Origin: Salpingoeca rosetta
Lineage: Eukaryota; Protista; Choanoflagellata
Assembly (NCBI GenBank): GCA_033442325.1
Contig: JAWQFM010000002.1
Span: forward strand, 179,881-243,880
Direction: 5' to 3'
Length of the DNA stretch: 64,000 nucleotides
Position numbers and translations under genes: made by a program. A model generated the notes under the pieces. That model saw nothing but the letters and a program-made list of their open reading frames with translations. It made no database searches and was not told the DNA's origin. Below are positions 51,596 to 64,000 of the stretch, piece by piece; position 1 is the first letter of the stretch, and the number at the start of each line of letters is the position of its first letter.

Positions 51596-54313
51596 CTGCT
51601 GGCGCTCAAACTCCTTGCGCTGCCTGCGCTCCTGAATGAGTTTCTCCACGTCGCGCTTGTGCTGCAGCACGCGCATGCGGCGCTTTTGTGCATTCATCTG
51701 CTCCACGCGGTCATCGGCAGCAAACTTCTCCATCATCGCCCGACGGAACTCCTCTTCCTCGGCCTGCTCCCGCTCGCGACGCCGCTGCAACTCAGCCATG
51801 CTCTCCTGCTGGGCCGCGCGCAGCTGCATCTGCTGCTCAACACGCCGCTGAAGCTCCTGCCGCTGCCGCGCCCGCTCGCGTGCACGCTGCTCCTCCTCGG
51901 CAAGCTCGATGCGGATGGCCTCCATCTCCTCCATCTCCTGCTGCTGCCGCGCAAGCTCGCTGCCAAGCTGCTGCCGCACGCTCTCCTTGGCCGCCTCACG
52001 CTCAAGCTGCGCCCGCATGCGCGCACGCTCAGCCATCTGCTTCTCCTCGGCGAAGCTGCAGTGTTGAGGGCGGTGGGGTGAGGTGGGCGAGTGAGTCAGC
52101 GCACCAGTGAAGGAGTGAAGGAGTGAAGGAGTGAAGGAGTGAGCGAGAGAGAGAGAGAGTGTGTGTGTGTGTGTGTGTGTATGTGTGTGTGAGAGAAGGG
52201 GGAGGGATCGATTGAAATGACACCCCTCCCTGCTCTGTGTGCGTCCTCATGCCAAGCTCACCGCTGGATGGCCTCGTTTTCGCGCTGCATCTCCTGGGCC
52301 TCAAGGCGATTCCACTCGTCGCGCTGCCGAAGAAACTCCTCCATCTCTTCCTTCGTCCGTTGCTGCATGGTGCACGCGCGGTTGTGCCGTTAAGCCGAGA
52401 AGATGTTGTGGCATGCGGAGACAACAGTGGCAGTATTCGCTTTACAAACACACACTACACACACGCACAAGCACACACTACACACACGCACAAGCACACG
52501 CACAAGCACACAAGCACACACGCACGCGCGCACGCACACACACACACATTACAGCGCACCTTTGCCTCGAAAGTGCGCTGTGCCTCCGCTTCATCCTCGC
52601 GGTGGATTTGCTGCACAATCTCGTCAATCATCAGCTTCTCCTTGAGGAACTGCCGTGGCGGGTGTTGGCGACGTGGACGGAAGGAGGGGGGGGCAATTAG
52701 TACCGCGACATCAAAGAACAACACGCATCACATCAACCATTACATGAGCGGATTGAACAAGGGGTAGGCTAGGACACACACATACATACACACACATATA
52801 CGCACACACATGCACACACACGCCCCTACCTCTTGGTATGCCTCTTCCTTGCGGCGCTCCTGGTCCTCGAGCTGCCGTTCAATGTCCGCCTGGTACTTGC
52901 GCGCCTCCTCCCACTGCTGTCGCTCCTTCTGTTGCTCTGTACACGCACACGTGCGCACACAAACGTGGACGCGTATTCGACATGAACGCTGCACATGAGC
53001 TTGTACGTGGGGTAGAACAACCGTTGACTCTCCTTTGCAACACACACACACACACCAAACACACACACACACACACACCAAACACACACACACACACACA
53101 CACAAAGTCACACACGCACACACCTTCCAGTTCTGCCTGGCGGACGGCCTCCTCAATCTCTCGCGCGGCCTTGAGATCCTCCTGCCGCGCTGTCGCCGTC
53201 ATGTGTTGCCGCTCTGTGATTTGTGCGCTGCGCTCCCGCGTGACATATGCCGCCTGCAGCTTTCGCTCCAAGTCTGCACGTATCGCAGAGGTTGTGAGTA
53301 TGCATTTGTGCAGCTCACTTCCACAAACACACACACACACACAGGGCACCAAACACACACACACGCACAGGGCACAAAATACACACACACACACACACAG
53401 GGCACCAACCACACAAAGCACACAACAGATATACATAAGTAGCACACCATGCTCCAATCATGTGCACATGCGCTACCCACCTCTGAGCTCTGGGGCAGTC
53501 TGTCTGATTTGTTGGCGAAGCTTCTCATCGCGCATTTTCTCACGGCGGATGGAGTCCAGCTCCTGCGCCAGCCGCTCCTCCTGCTGCCGGGCGAGCTCGG
53601 CCTGCTCTTTGCGTTGCTTTTCCTGCGGTGCCACAATCACGCCAGCGCACACGTGATGAGGCAAGACAGGCAAGCACGCGTCACCGCCGCGAGCCAATGC
53701 ACATGCAACAAAAAGTCGCATCAACACACACAGGTCCAACGTAACAAACAAGCGCATGCATACACACACACAGGCACAGACAGCCAGGCACAGACAGCCA
53801 GACACACACACACACACACACACGCACGCACGCACACAAACACACGCACACACCATCTCAAGCTGTTGGGCAATGGCCTCCTCGCGCTGCATCTCGGCTG
53901 CAAGGCGCATCCTGCGCTTTGTCTCGACGCGCTCATCACTCAGCTGGTTTGCGCGCATGACATTCTCCTGATGCAGCTGGCGGGTTTGATCGCTCTGGCC
54001 GCGGTCACGGCCATCCTGGCCAAGCACAAATCTGGCAAGGGACTGCCATGCAGGCGAGACCGTAGGCAGGTCAACAGCGCACGGAGCACACGGTCACGGT
54101 CATTGGTTCGATGGCAATCACAACACAAAGTCCCAACACGCGAGCGAGCCAGCGAGCGAGCAAGCAAGAAAACAAACACGGAACACAGCCAAACTGAACA
54201 TGCGCCTGCTCGCACACGCGAAGATCACACAGCCTGCATCTGCCACCCACACACAAGCGCACACACAAACACATACATGCACGCACCCAAACGCGCTCGC
54301 ACTCACTCACCAT
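51596..54313 (-). CDS. MNS1: Meiosis-specific nuclear structural protein 1 (axonemal coiled-coil, TPH domain); 3' end in the gap
   Basis: DEKLRQQIRQTAPELR|DLERKLQAAY, AYQE|FLKEKLMIDEIVQQIHRED and EEFRRAMMEKFAADDRVEQMNAQKRRMRVLQHKRDVEKLI. The probable first coding exon is ATG alone (ATG|gtgagt at 54313-54311). Confidence 0.9.
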
Positions 54314-54436
54314 GATGGGTGTATTGGAAGGTGGTGGTTGCAGCTTTTGTGTGTGTTGTTGATGGTGGTGTGTGTTTGTCGCTTGTCGTTGACGACTCTT
54401 TCGTTGTTCGATTTTTCACAATTTTTTATTGTTGGT

Positions 54437-54450
54437 GTTGCCAAGTCCAC
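54437..54450. promoter_or_regulatory. Possible RFX X-box (GTTGCCAAGTCCAC) upstream of the flagellar gene MNS1
   Basis: A perfect GTTGCC half-site plus a degenerate second half, about 125 bp upstream of the MNS1 ATG. A second GTTGCC lies at ~54576. Confidence 0.35.
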
Positions 54451-54665
54451 ATGCAACGGGCCCAAGCAGGGCGGCAGTGACTGGGAGATGAGGTCGAGTG
54501 AACCACACACTATTGATTTACTTTTCTTTCTATCTATGCGGCGCCTGCTCTCACACCCATTCGCCCATGCACACCGTTGCCCTTTGTTTGCCGCAATCGC
54601 TTTCCCCACCTCTGAGCGCTGGGAGCAGTGTAAGATTTCAGCGAGTTTTCCCCAATAAAGCCTGA

Positions 54666-54793
<128 letters not shown>

Positions 54794-54808
54794 GCACATT
54801 GGCATGTG

Positions 54809-56647
54809 TCATGCGTCGGCCTTTGCACGCTTGGGTGGTTGGTCGTCTGGTGTGGCTGCGTTGTGGCCGCGGGCTGGCGCTGCTTCTGGGTCCACACCAA
54901 GCTGCTTCATCTTGACGTACATCTCAAACAGGTAGTCGAAGCACTCGGCCATGCTCTTCGCCTTCTCCCACGTCTCTCCCCAAACATAGACGCCGTGGCG
55001 GCGCACCAGTACAGCACACGCCTCTGGATACGCGCGCATGGCATTGGCCATCCGCTCCTGCCATACACAGCACATGCACGGCAAGCAGCAAGACGTGAGC
55101 ACAGTGCACAGTGCAGAGTGGGTGTGGGTATGAGCACACACCAGACCATGAAGGTGGGGAGAAGGCGAATGCTGAGGAGTCATGTTGCCACATGTTCCGC
55201 TCCGCACGAATACCTTCAGCCGTGCTCACAGCGACACCGTTACACGCACGAAAAAGAGGCATTGTCACATCAAATACAAGTGACACCCAGCACGGCCATA
55301 CGCAGCCAGACACACACACACACACACACACACACCTCCAATTCGCATTCCCGTGCTGTGTTCTCGATAATGGGGATGACAAGCGTGTCGTAGTATCTGT
55401 AACAACACGTCATGTGTGGTGCAAGGGTCAGGCGCTGAAAGAAGAGAACCCCCTTGCAAGTGCACACACACACACACACACACACGCAGCATACATGCAT
55501 ACGTACACACACGCACGCATACACACACGCACACGTATACATCCACACATCCACACATACATACACAAACGCAAGCACAAACGCAAGCACAAACGCAAGC
55601 ACATGATACTGACCCAAAGTTCTTTCCGGTCTGTCCACGCCTGATGCCCTGATGATATCGGCCACAGTACAGGCGCAAGCAAAATACGTGCGAGAGGCAG
55701 GGTTAGTGGGGCGTGAGCTGCGATGCGACGCGTGGCACAACAACTCATTGCTTCAGTGGTCGCAAATGAAAGCCGTGCTTCTCAAGAAATGGCAGCACAG
55801 GGGTTTGCTGCGCACAAGCAAGCGAACATCAGCACGCAAGCGCATGATCCATGTGCACCCGAACCTCAAAGCAACAAACACAACCACACAGTGCTTTCCA
55901 CCTCGCCCAAAGACACGTGCACGCAGAAAGAGCGCGCGCGTGTGTACCTTGATCATTTCCAGGTTTGTGATGCGAAACTCTTTGTCGCAGAGCAGGGTGG
56001 CGAGCACGGCGTTCTGGGAGTGGGAGTGGACGCATGCGCCCGCATTGGCTAGCCTGTAGGCGTTCATGAACAGAGGTGTGCACTCGGACATCTTGAGGTT
56101 CTTCTCGGCTGGCGGTGTTTCGAGCACGGTGCCTTCGCCATCGGTGACGAAGATGTCCTCTGGCTGAATCCGTTCCTTTTGCACCCCAGATGGAGCGATG
56201 TAGATCTTCCCACTGCCACCGGCGTTCACGCACGCGAAATTAGAAAAACGTTGGAACCACTGCAGCTGGAACCACTGCAGGTGCAAGCGCACATTAGAAC
56301 AACAACAACAAAGCACACTGCACAGATGCATACACATACACTGAATACATTGAGCATGCACATTGAGCATGCACATGCACAGGATGCGCATACACTGAGG
56401 ATGCGCACACACACACATACTCACTCACCACACACTCACTCACTCACTCACTCACTCACTCACTCACTCACTCACTCACTCACAGTCACTCACACGCTTA
56501 CTCACTCACAGTCACTCACACACTTACTCACTCACACGCTTACTCTTGTTTCATGGAAAAGCCACCACCGGTGCCTGTGGCCCAGCCCTTGTCGTAAAAC
56601 AAACGACACAGCTCTGGAATCAACTCCCGTGGGTTCGCTGCAGTCAT
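54809..56647 (-). CDS. APIP: Methylthioribulose-1-phosphate dehydratase (methionine salvage; MtnB/Mde1)
   Basis: [34 protein letters not shown]|..[33 protein letters not shown]|GI..|[13 protein letters not shown]|..[20 protein letters not shown]. Five coding exons. Confidence 0.95.
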
Positions 56648-57858
56648 CCCGCCTCTTCACTTCTGTTCTCCCTGTCACGTGAAAGGACCAAAGGACACAC
56701 TACGTCCGTGGTCAAGTTTTCCTTTGGAAGTGCTGTGTGCCAAAGGCAAACTTGACCTTGAACTCCTGCCTCGCAAAAATCGAACCAGCCCGCCAACACG
56801 ACGCAAGAGCGCACGAACTGCAGCGGACTCGACACGTGGTGCGCGACAAGTTGCGGAAATCACCCACGAATATTCGCACCCATTCACCGTTGTGGTTCCT
56901 TGCGTGTGCCTTTTTTCCTTTGTTGTGTTTGTTTGTGTTTTCTCGAGGTGCGTGTGTGTTGTGTTTGTTTGTTTGGCTTCCCGGTTGTGTGGTTTGCTTC
57001 GCTCTGCTCTGCTGCCGTGCCTGGCGCACCCTGATGCCTCCCATCTCCTCCGTCGTGCTCACATCAGCCATCGTGCGCACACCCCCACGCGTCCACTTCC
57101 TCTCCAATAGGTCGCCCGGAGCACGCGCGCAAACCCCACAAACAACACACAGCAAAGTGAGAGCACGCACGCGTCGTGGGTGGTTGTTTGTGTTTGTTTG
57201 TTGTTGTTGTTTTGTTTGTTTGTTTTGCCGTGTTTGTTTGTGTTTGTGTCTCTGGTGCTTGTCGTCTCGGTTCGCATCTGCCCCTCCCCCACCTTACCCT
57301 GCTTTCTCTCGAGTGGGTTCATATGGAGGAGTGCGTGCGTATCTTCGTGGCTTGAGCCGAATGTGGTTGTGGCTTTGGGGGGGGGGGGATTCAACGTGTG
57401 AACCGTGCGTGCGGTGTGTTTTGTGTGGCAAGTGGAGGAAGTTCCAACAACTCCATACAAGCCTTGCTCCTCCAGATGGTCTCGTTGGCCTGTGCCCTCT
57501 GCCCTCTTGCCCACGTTCGCTTCCGCCTTGTTTATATCCTTGCGGCCTTTGTGGTCACTCGCCCTCCATCCGTCGTCCAGCTCACGTGCGCATACATCAA
57601 ACACAAACAAACACAAACACGTCTCTCACAGGATTTGGGGCGTTATTTATCGTCATCCTCAGCTTGTTTCCCTGTGCACCAGAGCTCGGGAACGAGGTTG
57701 ACGCTCCTATTCTCTCCCCGGCAGCTTAAATACCCACCTCCGCGTGTCAGCATTGCATGCCCGCTGCGGCTCCTGGACCACCCTCCTCCTCTTCCTCCTC
57801 CCATCGCCGCTCTGCTCTGACTTGACGTGACGCTCAACCAACCAACCAGCAGCCACAC

Positions 57859-62103
<4,245 letters not shown>

Positions 62104-62615
62104 TCGCTTTTGCTGCTGCTGCTGGTGGTGGTGGCGTGGGAATGTGCTGCTGCGTTTGGCGGTGATGATGATGGTGGTGGTGGCCACTTGTTGTCAGCGC
62201 ACACCACTCTTTGGTTTCGGGGTTTTCCCCTTTGGTTTTCCTCTTCCTAACGTTGTGCTTGACTGGGTGAATATGTGTGTATGTATATGTGTGTATGTAT
62301 ATGTGTGTGTGTTTGGTGTTGTGTTGCTCCGCCTGGTGTGATGACGTGGCTCATGACGGCATTCCGTCAACTGCGGCCTGCACATGCATGTTTTGTGTCT
62401 CGTCATGACTGTAACAACTGTAATTTCTCTGTTTAACTGTCTTTTTGTCACGGCTTTCGTTGTGCGTGTGTGCGTGTGCATGTGTGCGTGTGCGTGTGTG
62501 CGTGTGCATGCGACCTCGTGCACAACTTCCTTGTGCCGCTGTCCCCCTTTTCTAACCGGGCGTGTTGGCAACTGGCATGCCCGTTCTCGGTTGCCTGAAT
62601 GTATGTTCATGTGTC

Positions 62616-62716
<101 letters not shown>

Positions 62717-63023
62717 GTGGTGAATGGTTTAATGATGATTTTGATGCGAACCTGTTTGACTGCAAATTAAAAGACGCCTCCCCACATCTCTGCTGCCCAC
62801 ACGACCACATGGTGTTGTGATGCGATATGTATGTCATGTGATGTGATGTGACATGCTACATGGGAAGCAATTGCTCAGGTGGTAACAGATGAGGAGCTGG
62901 TTTAACGTGGCGCATGAACGCGCAGGCGCGACAAAGGAGGGAGGGAGGAAGCCAATGAACGAACATCGGAAGGAAACAGTGAAAGGAACAAGAACAGGGG
63001 GTCAACCCAATCGTTGCATCAAC

Positions 63024-63110
<87 letters not shown>

Positions 63111-63162
63111 AAACAAACAAACAAACAAACAAACAAACAACGCAACACGCTACAGAAGCAGG

Positions 63163-63995
63163 CTAGTCGTGCTTGCGGCCGCCGAGCGTGCCGTGTGTGC
63201 TGCTGGCGCCCTTTGAAGAGTAGTCTGCAAACGACTCGTTGGGCGGCGGTCCAACACGGTACTGCTCGTCAAGGTACGCCACAATGTCCCCAGACTCAAA
63301 GAGCTCCACGCCCGTGTTTGGGTCGATGAGAAACGGGATCTTGACAAACCCGAGCGTGCGGCGCCACGTGTTGATGCGGGCACCGAACCGGTCCTTAAAG
63401 TCCTGGCGGCCCTCTGTGTCGCCACGCGGGAGGTGGTGGTACAGGTACGGCAGCTCGAGCGAGCACAGGCGCTCGCGGACCATCATCACAAACGGGGAGC
63501 CCTGGTGGCCCCACAGCTCCAGCGGGCGCTCCGGGCGCTTGGAGGGCACGCGCAGGTGGCCGTGCTCCGGTAGGCAGCGCAGGAACGGGTTGACGAGCAT
63601 GGTGAGGGGCAGCTCCAGGGCGCGGGCGAGACTGCTGGTGACGATGGCGTAGTTGGCGGGCTTGGTGGCGCGCGCGCCATACGTCTGCCACAGGTAGGAG
63701 ACGATGGCGTCGGACTCGTACATTTGGCGATTGCCTTGGTTCGGGTCGATGAGGAAGGGGAACTGCAGCTTGCCGCCCTTGGCCAGCACCTCGGGGCGGA
63801 AGCGGGAGTCCTTGCAGAAACCATACTGCTTGAGGGTTTCGCGCGGGCACGGGTACACGATGACATCCAGCGCGAGCACGGAGAGCGCTTCGCGCACGCG
63901 GCGGCAGAAGGGGCAACCCTCAAACTCGTACAGCACAAGCGGCTTTGGTGGCTTCTCCGCCCGCCGCTTGGGTGTGTTGAACGCAAACGTGTTGC
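63163..63995 (-). CDS. Tandem GST N-terminal (thioredoxin-fold) domain protein, 2GST_N type; last exon, 5' end outside the window
   Basis: First domain LYEFEGCPFCRRVRE..GGKLQFPFLIDPN..MYESDAIVSYL. Second domain LELWGHQGSPFVMMVRERLCSLELPY..IPFLIDPNTGVELFESGDIVAYL. Acceptor CAG at 63998-63996. Confidence 0.9.
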
Positions 63996-64000
63996 CTGCA

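Noticed and set aside
56700-57850. Long ORFs between APIP and the HDAC gene
   Set aside because: Low-complexity, with no recognisable motifs. More likely a shared promoter and 5' UTR introns.

Overview
Gene-dense, intron-rich eukaryotic DNA. Almost every intron carries (CA)n/(GT)n or (CAA)n microsatellites, and there are six N-gaps. The style and gene content suggest a unicellular holozoan, most likely the choanoflagellate Salpingoeca rosetta (inference). Most ORFs in the supplied track are microsatellite artefacts, so I rebuilt genes by hand-splicing GT..AG introns. About 17 genes, in order: TAF1B/Rrn7 (-), C2-RhoGAP with a degenerate EF-hand tail (+), TTLL ligase (-), prefoldin 4 last exon (+), SLC35C2 (-), Misshapen/MAP4K4-type kinase-CNH (+), fungal-type ZZ/EF-hand protein (-), FAM177 (+), RPAP1 (+), partial PIG-U (+), HMG20-like with AT-hook and zinc finger (+), OvoA-type mercaptohistidine methyltransferase (+), POFUT2 (-), MNS1 (-), APIP/MtnB (-), class II HDAC (+), and a tandem GST-N protein (-). 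Best lead: the class IIa-like HDAC has an intact spliced frame but has lost a catalytic His, a Zn ligand and the catalytic Tyr, so it looks like a standalone pseudo-deacetylase. Other leads are very tight co-directional junctions around RPAP1 (one with an ATGA stop/start overlap), introns with complementary AC/GT ends, an ovothiol-type methyltransferase, and unusual domain fusions. No rRNA, tRNA, CRISPR array or transposon was recognised. Family calls come from remembered motifs, not database searches, and exon boundaries are manual.
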